From: an uncultured Thermoplasmata archaeon
Lineage (GTDB): Archaea > Thermoplasmatota > Thermoplasmata > GCA-020350865
Length of the DNA: 40,464 bases
NCBI GenBank assembly: GCA_965372465.1
Contig: CBDVCK010000002.1
Span: 1 to 40,464 of the forward strand
Reading direction: 5' to 3'
The first letter of the stretch is position 1; the number at the start of each line of letters is the position of its first letter. Under the pieces are notes generated by a model that was given only the letters and a program-made list of their open reading frames with translations, did not search any database and had not been told where the DNA came from. The position numbers and the translations under genes are program-made. This document shows positions 27,301 to 36,036 of the stretch, piece after piece.

Positions 27301-27615
27301 AGGGGAATTCGGCATGTGGGTATAGAGTATCTCACTGGTCAGTGGTGGTGGGATATATTCGAAAATGTGGTTTACTTCGGCGATCCCGATCTGAGGGTGT
27401 ACTCGCCAAAATATTCCTGGGACGAACCTGATCCACTTGCTGCGGGAGCAGTGATTGAGGGGCACTCGCCTTTCGGGGCCACAGGACATCCCCATGCGAT
27501 AGAATCCACGTGGTTTATGGAGATGCTGCTTTATTCGGGAATATTTATAGCGATTGCGGCTCCTTTGGTTTTGATTTGGAGGAGGAAGAGGGCTGCTTTG
27601 GTGAAAGGGGAATAG
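24397..27615 (+). CDS. Large secreted, C-terminally anchored protein with a C25 (gingipain-like) peptidase domain
   Basis: Signal peptide; PPC-like beta domains (DPDLQLY, NLGLIVLGPSG); candidate catalytic MHGG and GSCL; terminal YFGDPDLRVY; TM helix plus WRRKR tail. Confidence 0.6.
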   Translation: MKNTIAFLVALSMITLSFNVVAPYPETSGGNDSGDTSNGGNPDGVSWRPVNPIKNAVLVNYDGESYVDDFAYLASVPASVFYAKSEDEIFSSPLLFYQKPQELPNEEKVLNAAVGLDYFMEDWLTYSDGKLDSLQLINIPDDDVNELTSKWPSNDYKVIQNECPIKIAKDIALYNWEYSDSAVVAVIEDDYEDIDEVTENSVNGTISGSTSIRVDVIEGTKEPDPVTPTFHDFSIGDDYKYMTSYMEWYGPSGLDTINDLTQRGKDPDLQLYSGKLGEVAASENWNVLSGAYESIGSYIYHSGDWSSAVTYMPTESMGTSDEPSSSGPGTRGPLDEASYEITNTFYPGIDLELLDDTPFYCRQGRFTLTWDDGATNLGLIVLGPSGAEIAKNVGNDKPKEIELIELGEGKYYISVVKLTDTSSDVAFNVDYSWHQIKEKIEGDNLASATQGAVLASVTNSPLLFAEKSKLPSYTKDALDTLGVKKVYLIDLGGHTKGKVASAIKNSRSLLQPKISVKEFIKYQSIYGEIQKRTEQYDVVFSTINPWTYWHVGIGPKGEEPGGLFLGPAAYAAAHHGSPVFITDVHPELSSANAWHNEFWRNAYLGRMPPAVGCMVLTGTAVYDFLGEMGFDKDGLDFMESMLTVAGQFDIGTSWDRVFVGAALPGRIMGSPVDTSYWTSRSALYQAIIFANPAVSSEGGVTMTTGSSSRLSHGVLQVEPGREVTVEYPVLQSWVSYDHKFNEEGSQYWGVDYTCADGITPFRTPSDDPIDADGRWPDITTSDVVPYYADKAGYSSVFSTNFDITMDNLNQGVIMWLEVMHGGNRDAGVVGFWNPEQIEPNPWRCYEDEGSTANPDTRLMSKNTGLDYIKNPFEEGPHDGVIICILTQTTQTVGKDGYDFDEALKNLHSMGVSAGSCLIANTFLHLSMIRHGSVFQVIDPWLTSWYCGFAIQTFVRDIALGYSVGEAYERGIRHVGIEYLTGQWWWDIFENVVYFGDPDLRVYSPKYSWDEPDPLAAGAVIEGHSPFGATGHPHAIESTWFMEMLLYSGIFIAIAAPLVLIWRRKRAALVKGE

Positions 27616-27721
27616 GAACGAAGTTGGAAGGTTCAAACTCTTTTATTCTTAAGACTTTATACAAGTCTCCTTTTAAAAAAGTTATTTAAATCCTAATACC
27701 TTATCAGTTGCGAGGAATATT

Positions 27722-28576
27722 ATGAAACTAATAGCGAGGTTTTGGATAGCCCTATTTCTAATAGGGATTTTAAGCAGTGTGGTTTTGCCGAGCGTAAATG
27801 CAGAGACATTTGATATTGGAGAAAAATTATTAAGAACAAGTTACCATCAAACAGGATATTACTATAGCTCTGGAATCATTTTGGATATGGGTTGGGAAGA
27901 TGAAGAATTATATAATAATATTACATTAATGTTTGATGGTAATAGAACCACTGGAATAGATCAAGATACTGTGGATTTTTCACATGGTATAAAATTGATT
28001 TTCCCGTATGCATTTTTTGTAAACAATATTACATTTTTTCCTGTGTTTGGAGGAGGAACCACAAATTATACTGTAAGACTACTTTATTATAATTCTATGA
28101 GTGATATGTCTGAATCAACGAATAAATCACAAGTTTTTAATACAAATTGTTTTTTAACTGAAATTTGGATTGATTTGGATAGTGGATATGGAAATAATCA
28201 TATTTACTTTAATGATGTTATCATAAATTATACTCCAAGTGAATCGTCTGAAGATAAAGAGAATGGAAATGAACATGATGACGAGGACGAATCAGAATTC
28301 GATGACTTATTTTTCGAACCACCATTTGTCGGCCTCTTGTGGTTAATATTGATAATTGTTCTTATTTTGATATTAATAGGGCGGAGGTCAAATAAAAAAG
28401 GAGAACCAGAAGTCACACCAGAGTCCACTGAGGACCAAACTTCCTCTCCTGAATCAGATGAACCCGAACCTTCGGAAGATAAGGGAAAGGTTGAGGGGCG
28501 ATTCTGTCCCAATTGTGGTAAATACACAGAAGAAAAAGGACCATTCTGCCCCCATTGTAAACGGAGTATGATTTGA
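27722..28576 (+). CDS. Single-pass membrane protein with an extracellular beta domain and a cytoplasmic zinc ribbon
   Basis: Signal peptide, acidic linker, TM plus GRR, C-terminal CPNCG...CPHC. Confidence 0.75.
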   Translation: MKLIARFWIALFLIGILSSVVLPSVNAETFDIGEKLLRTSYHQTGYYYSSGIILDMGWEDEELYNNITLMFDGNRTTGIDQDTVDFSHGIKLIFPYAFFVNNITFFPVFGGGTTNYTVRLLYYNSMSDMSESTNKSQVFNTNCFLTEIWIDLDSGYGNNHIYFNDVIINYTPSESSEDKENGNEHDDEDESEFDDLFFEPPFVGLLWLILIIVLILILIGRRSNKKGEPEVTPESTEDQTSSPESDEPEPSEDKGKVEGRFCPNCGKYTEEKGPFCPHCKRSMI

Positions 28577-28642
28577 GGAAAAATTTAGAGGATATAGAAC
28601 ATATTAAACTCCTTGCGGGGTTTGCACCTAAAAAAATCCCCA

Positions 28643-29182
28643 TCACTCAATCAACAAAAAAGCATACCTGTTCATCTTCTGCTTGTAATCGCTGAGCACT
28701 TCGATTGGATAACCAAGCTCCCTCACAGTTGTGAAGACATCCACACACAAGGCCTCGGGAGTGGGTCTGTTTTTTTCGGGATGCTTGCACTCATTTATGT
28801 CGCTCACACAATCCTTGCACACAACGCAGTGGCTCATGAGCAGCAAAAAGGCCTTTGGGTAGCCCAGGAAGAACACCTGGCGCTCAAGTTCCAGAAGTTT
28901 GGGATTCAATTTCTTGTACCATTTTGTCTTGTTCTCGGGCTTAGTCACCTTCTTTTCAAAATGGAAAACCGCGCCAAGGCTGTACTCCCTAAAAAATTCC
29001 TCACATTCTTCCTTTGAAGGCATGTTCGGCGGGCAGCATGCCCTTGTCCCGTAATCATCGCAGCCGAACTGGCATTTCATCCTCACCCACGGCGCAACCT
29101 TCATATCCTTTGGGTTCAGCCACTTGAAATCAGAGAATCCATGCTTTTTAAATAATGTTTCCAGTTTCCATTTGTTCGCCAT
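28643..29182 (-). CDS. DUF2284-like Cys-rich metal-binding protein
   Basis: KCQFGC..YG....CPP, CVVCKDC, CKHP...RPTPEA..VDV. Confidence 0.78.
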   Translation of the reverse strand: MANKWKLETLFKKHGFSDFKWLNPKDMKVAPWVRMKCQFGCDDYGTRACCPPNMPSKEECEEFFREYSLGAVFHFEKKVTKPENKTKWYKKLNPKLLELERQVFFLGYPKAFLLLMSHCVVCKDCVSDINECKHPEKNRPTPEALCVDVFTTVRELGYPIEVLSDYKQKMNRYAFLLIE

Positions 29183-29205
29183 AAAATTCACTTGTTATTT
29201 TTAAT

Positions 29206-30789
29206 CTAAGGAGTTACCCCGTGCTTTCTTTTGGGGAGATGATAATCCTTTGACTCGTACTTCTTGAATCTGTTGATGATCTCATTCCTCAATTCGGAAG
29301 GAGCCACCATGCCGTCTGTGACCATCTCCGCACCCAGCTTGTAGATGTCCACATCCTTTCTGTATTCTTCCCTCAGCTTCTGGACGTATGCGGGTCTCTC
29401 TTCATCAGGTACTGCCATGATCTTGTTGAAAAACACGGCATTCACAGCAGCTTCAGGGCCCATGACAGCAATCATTGCAGTTGGTAGGGTAAGACAGGCA
29501 TCAGGCTCATACCCCGGACCAGCCATTGCGTACAAACCTGCTCCATAGGCCTTACGTACGATAATGGATACTTTTGGTACCGTGGCCTGGGAGACCGAGT
29601 ATATCATCCTGGCTCCTGCACGGATTATGCCCTGTTTCTCTACAGCAGTTCCTATCATAAAGCCTGGTACGTCAGCCAAGAACAGAATCGGGATGTTGAA
29701 GGCATCACACAACTGGATGAACTTGCCTGCCTTGTATGCGGACTCAACGAACAGCACGCCGCCCTTTATCTTTGGCTGGTTGGCTATGATGCCAATTGAT
29801 TTTCCTCCTATTCTGGAAAAGCCAACAATGATTTCAGGTGCATACAACTTCTTGACCTCCAAGAAGGACCCGCGGTCCACAACCCGCTTTATCAGGTCGT
29901 ACATGTCAAAGGGCATGTTCTCGTTCTTGGGTATGATGTCCTCGAGATCGTCACATGAGAGCTCAGCCTCCCTTGGCTCGATATCTGCAGGCTTCTCCTC
30001 AAAGTTCTGGGGGAAGTATGAAATATGCTTTTTAATTGCCTCGATTACCTCTTCTTCGGTCTGGCAGAGCATGTCACCCGAGCCTGAGGTGGTGCAGTGC
30101 ATCCTAGCCCCGCCCATCTCCTCAAGTGTGACCTTTTCACCTATCACCATTTCAGCCATCCTGGGCGAGCCCAGATACATGCTTGCATTGCCATCTACCA
30201 TGTACGTCACATCGCAAAATGCCGGGATGTAGGCTCCACCTGCCGCAGAGGGTCCGAACAGGCCGCATATCTGGGGAATCATTCCCGACATATTGGCCTC
30301 GTTGTAAAATATACGCCCTGCACCTCTTCTCCCTGGAAACATCTCCACCTGATCCGTGATTCTCGCACCAGCTGAATCCACAAGATATATCAAAGGGACC
30401 TTGAGTTTTATTGCCGTCTCTTGGATTCGAATTATCTTCTCAACTGTACGCCATCCCCAGGAGCCTGCTTTGATTGTGGAATCATTGGCCATGATGGCCA
30501 CAGAGCGGCCCTGCACCTTTCCAACACCGCACACGACACCGTCAGCAGGTAGCTTTCCATCAAGAACATTTGCGAACATTCCATCCTCTGCAAAGGACTC
30601 GTCATCCAAAAGTAATTTTAATCTCTCCCTGACAAAGTGCTTGCCCCGCTCCTTTGCCTTGATGTGGTATTTCTCGGCTCCGCCCTTTTTGATGGTTTCG
30701 ATGTAAGACTTCAGCTCCTCCTGAGATTTTTCAGTGGCACCGCCTTGCATTTCCATCTTATCCTCCTGCTTCGCCAATTGTTGATTCAT
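29206..30789 (-). CDS. Acyl-CoA carboxylase carboxyltransferase subunit (methylcrotonyl-CoA carboxylase beta/YngE-like)
   Basis: VDSAGARI, GPSAAGGAY, DVPGFMIG, RKAYGAG. ATG 30789 follows a GGTGA. Confidence 0.9.
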   Translation of the reverse strand: MNQQLAKQEDKMEMQGGATEKSQEELKSYIETIKKGGAEKYHIKAKERGKHFVRERLKLLLDDESFAEDGMFANVLDGKLPADGVVCGVGKVQGRSVAIMANDSTIKAGSWGWRTVEKIIRIQETAIKLKVPLIYLVDSAGARITDQVEMFPGRRGAGRIFYNEANMSGMIPQICGLFGPSAAGGAYIPAFCDVTYMVDGNASMYLGSPRMAEMVIGEKVTLEEMGGARMHCTTSGSGDMLCQTEEEVIEAIKKHISYFPQNFEEKPADIEPREAELSCDDLEDIIPKNENMPFDMYDLIKRVVDRGSFLEVKKLYAPEIIVGFSRIGGKSIGIIANQPKIKGGVLFVESAYKAGKFIQLCDAFNIPILFLADVPGFMIGTAVEKQGIIRAGARMIYSVSQATVPKVSIIVRKAYGAGLYAMAGPGYEPDACLTLPTAMIAVMGPEAAVNAVFFNKIMAVPDEERPAYVQKLREEYRKDVDIYKLGAEMVTDGMVAPSELRNEIINRFKKYESKDYHLPKRKHGVTP

Positions 30790-30790
30790 A

Positions 30791-31603
30791 TCACTCACCT
30801 TTGAAAACCGGCTTTCTTTTCTCCTTAAACGCCTTTAATGCCTCCACCCTGTCCTTTGTGGGAATGCAGACATCGTAAGCCTTTGACTCCAGAGCCAGAC
30901 CGGAAAAGATATCGATCTCCGAGCCGCGGTTGATTGCAAACTTTGCCTGCTCCACTGCAAATGGTGCGTTTTTTGCAATCTGCTCTGCCATCTCGATGGC
31001 TTCGTCCATGAGCTTGCCCTCCAGGGCCACTCTGTTGATGAGCCTTATGTTCAAGGCCTCCTGGGCCGATATCCTTCTTCCAGTAAAAATCAGCTCCTTT
31101 GCCTTGCCAATTCCCACAAGCCTGGGGAGGCGCTGGGTTCCTCCTCCTGCAGGGATGATGCCCAGAGTTACCTCCGTAAGACCGAAAGTGGCTTGGGGGT
31201 CCGCTATTCTGATATCGCAGGCCAGGGCAAGCTCTGTTCCTCCGCCCAGTGCCACACCGTTCACTGCACATATCACTGGTTTTGAGAGGTTCTCTATGTC
31301 TATCAGAGTATCCCTGATTGTCTTGATATAGTGTCTCACCTGAACCTCGCTCATCTTCTCTCTTTCTTTTAGGTCAGCACCTGCACAAAATGCCCTGTCT
31401 CCGGATCCTGTGATGATAACCACCCTGATGTCAGGGTCAAAATAAACATCAGTAAGAATTTTTCTGCCTTCCTTTAAGGTCTCGATGTTCAGGGCGTTCA
31501 TGAATTTCGGTCTGTTCAGAGTGACTATAAGTACAGAATCCTTCTTCTCCGTCAGGATATTGCTTTCTTCCAAACCCTCATCCCCCTTAATGAATATACT
31601 CAA
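30791..31603 (-). CDS. Enoyl-CoA hydratase (methylglutaconyl-CoA hydratase-like)
   Basis: AFCAGADLKE, ALGGGTELALACD, FGLTE..LGIIPAGGGTQRL. Start uncertain (TTG 31603 or TTG 31573). Confidence 0.9.
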   Translation of the reverse strand: MSIFIKGDEGLEESNILTEKKDSVLIVTLNRPKFMNALNIETLKEGRKILTDVYFDPDIRVVIITGSGDRAFCAGADLKEREKMSEVQVRHYIKTIRDTLIDIENLSKPVICAVNGVALGGGTELALACDIRIADPQATFGLTEVTLGIIPAGGGTQRLPRLVGIGKAKELIFTGRRISAQEALNIRLINRVALEGKLMDEAIEMAEQIAKNAPFAVEQAKFAINRGSEIDIFSGLALESKAYDVCIPTKDRVEALKAFKEKRKPVFKGE

Positions 31604-31627
31604 TGGCTCAATTGGAGCCAGGTAGTT

Positions 31628-31840
31628 TTATTCGATAACCAACAGGACTGCTCCAGTGTTGACGAAATCCCCCTGATTGACCTTGACCTCTTTTACTGTG
31701 CCCCCAAGGTTTGCCTGTATGGGAATGTGCATCTTCATGGATTCGAGAATGATTACATCCTGCCCTGCCGAAATACTGTCGTTTACAGATACCAAAACCT
31801 CTGCAATCGTCCCTGCCATACTGGCCTGAATCTCTCCCAT
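31628..31840 (-). CDS. Stand-alone biotin carboxyl carrier protein (70 aa)
   Basis: ESMKM biotinylation motif. ATG 31840 follows a GAGG. Confidence 0.9.
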   Translation of the reverse strand: MGEIQASMAGTIAEVLVSVNDSISAGQDVIILESMKMHIPIQANLGGTVKEVKVNQGDFVNTGAVLLVIE

Positions 31841-32041
31841 GTAAATCCTCTCTTTTTGATTATCGTTGCGCTGTGTCATGATGCTTTCATGCAACATCTG
31901 GATTTGTCCGTATTATATGTTGCATCTCCCCCATAAGCCAGGTAAAACCACAATGAATACCGCAAATATATATCTTTCTATTTTTCTAAATTGTATAATA
32001 TAACCAAAAACATATTAAAAGCCAACATATATGACAAAAAC

Positions 32042-32791
32042 ATGAATGCACCACCTGCGAATTCCTCCCAACAGATCGAGATTCAGGCTCACGAGCTTAG
32101 CAAGACCTTTGAAAAATTCCAGGCACTAAAGCAGGTCTCATTCTTTGTTAAAAAAGGTGAGATCTTCGGCCTTCTGGGACCCAACGGTGCCGGAAAGACA
32201 ACATGCATGAAGATATTCGGAGGTATTCTCCTTCCTTCCGCTGGGAAGGCTACAATCAGCGGTGTGGATGTGGTTGAAAATCCTATCTTATCCAAATCAA
32301 AAATCGGATTTTTGCCTGAGTTCCCTGCACTTTTCGAGCATGTCTCGGGCAGGGAATTTCTGACCTTGATGGGGAAATTACGAGGAATGGAGAAGAGCAT
32401 CATTGATAGACGTGTGGATTACTTCAACAAGATACTTAATTTGGAGGAGCAGATGGACTATCTGATAGGAACCTATTCCAAAGGTATGCGGCAGAAAATC
32501 GCCTTCACAAGCACTATTATCCACGAACCTGATATCCTGATTCTGGACGAGCCCACCTCAGGTCTTGACCCAAGGTTTGCAAAAATTCTCAAAGATATGA
32601 TCAAGGAATTCGTAAAGCAGGATAAAACGATCCTCATGTCAACTCACATCATACCTGTTGCTGAGAGTCTCTGCAATAGAATCGGTATTATAAACAATGG
32701 AAAGCTCACCGATATCGGGACAATTAATGAGCTGAAGGAAAAGGCAAAAGCCGATGATCTGGAGAACGCTTTTATCAACCTCGTGGGATGA
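32042..32791 (+). CDS. ABC transporter ATP-binding protein (exporter type)
   Basis: GPNGAGKT Walker A, YSKGMRQK signature, ILDEPTSGLDP, STH. Confidence 0.93.
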   Translation: MNAPPANSSQQIEIQAHELSKTFEKFQALKQVSFFVKKGEIFGLLGPNGAGKTTCMKIFGGILLPSAGKATISGVDVVENPILSKSKIGFLPEFPALFEHVSGREFLTLMGKLRGMEKSIIDRRVDYFNKILNLEEQMDYLIGTYSKGMRQKIAFTSTIIHEPDILILDEPTSGLDPRFAKILKDMIKEFVKQDKTILMSTHIIPVAESLCNRIGIINNGKLTDIGTINELKEKAKADDLENAFINLVG

Positions 32792-34326
32792 ATTACATGG
32801 GATGGTATGAAATCTACGCCAAAGACTCTATAAGCACATACAGAGTCATGAGAAAGCGCGTATCAAAGCATCCTTTTATGACGCTTTGGTTCATTTTATT
32901 GATGCTGGCCTTTGCATGGATGGTTCTGAGCATGTACGAATTCTCCATGCTCCAGGGGGAGGAGGGGATCTTCACCGATATCGAGCCAAACACAGTACTT
33001 CTCATAATTTTCTTTATCTTTCTTGCCAAATCCGTTGCTGATACCACAAGGAGGGTGGCGCAGAACAAGTCACTGGTTTTCTTTCTTTCCCAGCCAATAA
33101 AACACAGAAGTGTGCTCTTCGGTAAATTCTTCTCGGAGATGGTGTTCAACCTTTTGATACTTGAAACCATAATGGGGGTGATGACCCTCGTTATCGTGGT
33201 CTTTGACATAAACATAGCAGGGGACATATGGTATATTTGTTATGCATTCATATTCTGTATTTTGGGGACAAGCCTGGGATTTTCCTTTTCCATCTTCAAC
33301 ACACTGAGGCCTTTTAGACGGAGGTTCGTTGTCATGGCTTCCGAAATCCCGTTTTTTTTATTGGTTTACAGTATCACTACAAATTATTATGACGCCTTGA
33401 TCGGTTGGCCCTTTGCATTGGTATTGTTATTACTGGCTGTGTCCTCCTTACTTCTGCTTTTTGTGTGCCAGAAAATCTTTCTGGATGCCTGGACCTTCGG
33501 CATAAGCGCTAATGAAGGAGCAAAGAAATCTGTGTATGATATATTTGCTAGGGCCCCCTTGGTTCCCAAAAGATTTATGGATGAAAGATTGAGGGCCCTT
33601 GTAAGAAGGGAGCTTGCCGAAAAGGTGAGATCAGGAGCGATCTGGGGCACGGTAATCACGGTTATTGCCATTACCTATGGAACAATGTATGCCATGGATA
33701 CCCTGGCTGATGTTGATCTTCTTCAGATGAGCGTGGGAAAGTATGTCTATCCTTTGCTTGTTGGAATGGGCATCTTTGCGGTGTCCACACTTGAGCCTGG
33801 CATATCCTCTTTAAGCAGTATCGGAAAGGAGGGAAAGAACCTATGGATTCTAAAGACGGTGCCTTTTAAGGGATCTATCGTGGCAAAGTCCAAGGCTCTG
33901 TCCAATATTGCCATTTCACCAATGATAGTTTTCGGAACAGCACTGTTTTCGGCCTATTACATGTCATATCATACGAAGATTGAGCTCGTGAACTACAATT
34001 TCCTTGAAATCGTGTTCTTCTCGGCACTGGGAGCCCAGACAATGATCTTTTTATTTGTGGGGCTTGGCACCTGGTTCGGTGTAAAATATCCCAATTTTGA
34101 CGAGTCCAACAAGGGAAATCCCGACATCATGACAATGTACATATTTGCAATGGGCTGTCTTTTTCTGGGAGTGTTGTATCTTTCTGCACCTTTTTATCTG
34201 ATGATCAAGAATTACAATGTTCTTGGTATGCTGATGATGATATTTTCCCTGGCCATGGCGGCACTGTTTCTCTACTTTGCATTGGAGGAAGGTGGAAAGG
34301 AGCTTGAGAAACTGGAATACGGTTGA
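32788..34326 (+). CDS. Putative ABC exporter permease
   Basis: About 12 or more TMs; EGKNLWILKTVP motif; ATGA overlap with the ATPase. Confidence 0.78.
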   Translation: MNYMGWYEIYAKDSISTYRVMRKRVSKHPFMTLWFILLMLAFAWMVLSMYEFSMLQGEEGIFTDIEPNTVLLIIFFIFLAKSVADTTRRVAQNKSLVFFLSQPIKHRSVLFGKFFSEMVFNLLILETIMGVMTLVIVVFDINIAGDIWYICYAFIFCILGTSLGFSFSIFNTLRPFRRRFVVMASEIPFFLLVYSITTNYYDALIGWPFALVLLLLAVSSLLLLFVCQKIFLDAWTFGISANEGAKKSVYDIFARAPLVPKRFMDERLRALVRRELAEKVRSGAIWGTVITVIAITYGTMYAMDTLADVDLLQMSVGKYVYPLLVGMGIFAVSTLEPGISSLSSIGKEGKNLWILKTVPFKGSIVAKSKALSNIAISPMIVFGTALFSAYYMSYHTKIELVNYNFLEIVFFSALGAQTMIFLFVGLGTWFGVKYPNFDESNKGNPDIMTMYIFAMGCLFLGVLYLSAPFYLMIKNYNVLGMLMMIFSLAMAALFLYFALEEGGKELEKLEYG

Positions 34327-34416
34327 GGGAAATAATCCCCCGGGGTAAGGCTTAAATCCGCAGGAACCATTATAGCGAAATAGTTTGGAACGACTTGTAA
34401 CTTTGGGGGAGATGAT

Positions 34417-35940
34417 ATGAGCCTTGTTATAGATGGTCACAGTCTCACTATCGAAGACGTTGTAGATGTTGCACGGAACAGAAAAAGGGTCGAGATTCAT
34501 GCCGAGGCAAAAGAGAGAATCGTAGAATGCCGCGAGCTTCTGGAAAAGAAGATTGCGGAAAAGGAGACATTGTACGGTGTGAACACAGGCATCGGGGAGC
34601 TATCTGAAGTTGTGCTCACCCCAGAGCAGGTGAAAGATTACCAGAAATACCTGATCTACAGCCATGCCGCAGGTTACGGAGAGCCAATTCCGGAGGAGGA
34701 GGTCAGGGCGGCAATTCTTTCCAGGCTCAATTGCCACTGCTGGGGCCATTCAGGGTTAAGAATGGTGATTGTGGATACCCTTGTAGCAATGCTGAACAAA
34801 GGCGTGACACCTGTCATGTGCAGGAAAGGCTCTGTTGGTGCTTGTGGAGATCTCTCGCCAATGGCGCAGATGGCATTGGTTCCCATGGGTGAAGGCGAGG
34901 CCTTTTATGAAGGAAAGAGGATGAAGGGAAAGGAGGCTATGGATTCGGCAGGTATTCCCATTATTGTTTACGAAGCCAGGGACGGCTTGTCAACAATAAA
35001 TGGCTCCAATGTGATTGCGGGTATGGGTGCCCTTTTGGTATATGATGCCGAGCGCTGGTTGAGAAACTCGGAAATCTCGGCAGCCATGACCCTGGAAGTT
35101 CTGAACGCCAACATGATGGCTTATGATGAAAGGCTGCATAAGGTAAGAGGATTTCCCGGTGCAATGGAATGCTCTGAGAACATAAGACTATTTACCGAGG
35201 GAAGCAAACTTTTAGCTCAAGAGGGCAAGAAAGTTCAGGATGCATACAGCCTGCGAAGCACTCCCCAGGTCGTGGGTGCTGCAAAGGACGCCTTCAAATG
35301 GGCAAGATACATGATAGAGACCGAGATTAACGGTGCCGCTGATAACCCCACTTTCTTTCCAAAAGAGAATCTCGTTCTTACTGGAGCCAATTTTCAAGGC
35401 ACGCCCATAGCCTTTGCACTGGAGCTTGTTGGTATTGCGGTAACCACTATTGCAGCATTATCCGAACGAAGGCTCAACAGGTTAATGAACCCTCATCTTT
35501 CAATGGGCCTTCCTGCATTCCTGACAAAAGGCGCGGGAATGTTCTCGGGTCTTATGCTTACCCAGTACACAGCCGGGTCTTTAATTTGCGAAAACAGGAT
35601 ACTTTCCCATCCTGCGGCAACTGGCTCAATTCCTGCAGCAGCAGACCAGGAGGATTTCGTGAGCATGGGCATGACAACAGCCATAAAAACAAAACAGATC
35701 ATCGACAATGCCCAGGCAGTTTTGGCAATCGAACTTATGGCAGGTGCACAGGCAGTGGACTTCAGGGCTCCGATAAAACCGGGCAAGGGAATACAAGCGG
35801 CCTATGATGTGATTCGAAAGCATGTAAAGAAATTGGAGGAGGACAGACCGCTTTTCAATGATATCAATAATCTCACTGCAGTTGTGAAGAAAGGCGAGGT
35901 GTTGGAGGCTGTGGAAAAAGCCATAGGCGATTTGAAGTGA
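34417..35940 (+). CDS. MIO-dependent aromatic amino-acid ammonia-lyase (histidine ammonia-lyase-like) with an ACG motif
   Basis: YGVNTG, SHAAG, GSVGACGD, QDAYSLR, DNP, QEDFVSM. Substrate uncertain, so no hutH symbol is given. Confidence 0.88.
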   Translation: MSLVIDGHSLTIEDVVDVARNRKRVEIHAEAKERIVECRELLEKKIAEKETLYGVNTGIGELSEVVLTPEQVKDYQKYLIYSHAAGYGEPIPEEEVRAAILSRLNCHCWGHSGLRMVIVDTLVAMLNKGVTPVMCRKGSVGACGDLSPMAQMALVPMGEGEAFYEGKRMKGKEAMDSAGIPIIVYEARDGLSTINGSNVIAGMGALLVYDAERWLRNSEISAAMTLEVLNANMMAYDERLHKVRGFPGAMECSENIRLFTEGSKLLAQEGKKVQDAYSLRSTPQVVGAAKDAFKWARYMIETEINGAADNPTFFPKENLVLTGANFQGTPIAFALELVGIAVTTIAALSERRLNRLMNPHLSMGLPAFLTKGAGMFSGLMLTQYTAGSLICENRILSHPAATGSIPAAADQEDFVSMGMTTAIKTKQIIDNAQAVLAIELMAGAQAVDFRAPIKPGKGIQAAYDVIRKHVKKLEEDRPLFNDINNLTAVVKKGEVLEAVEKAIGDLK

Positions 35941-36036
35941 TGGGGAAGGTTATGAAAATGGATTTGGAAAAATGCTTCTGCAGTGAAAAAACAATTTCCA
36001 TGAGATTCTAAACGTAATTAAGGAGATGCTCCATTA

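Noticed and set aside
29345-31331. Long plus-strand ORFs (e.g. 29564-30232, 222 aa)
   Set aside because: Antisense shadows of the carboxyltransferase and crotonase genes, with no recognisable motifs. The same applies to the other short nested ORFs in the track.
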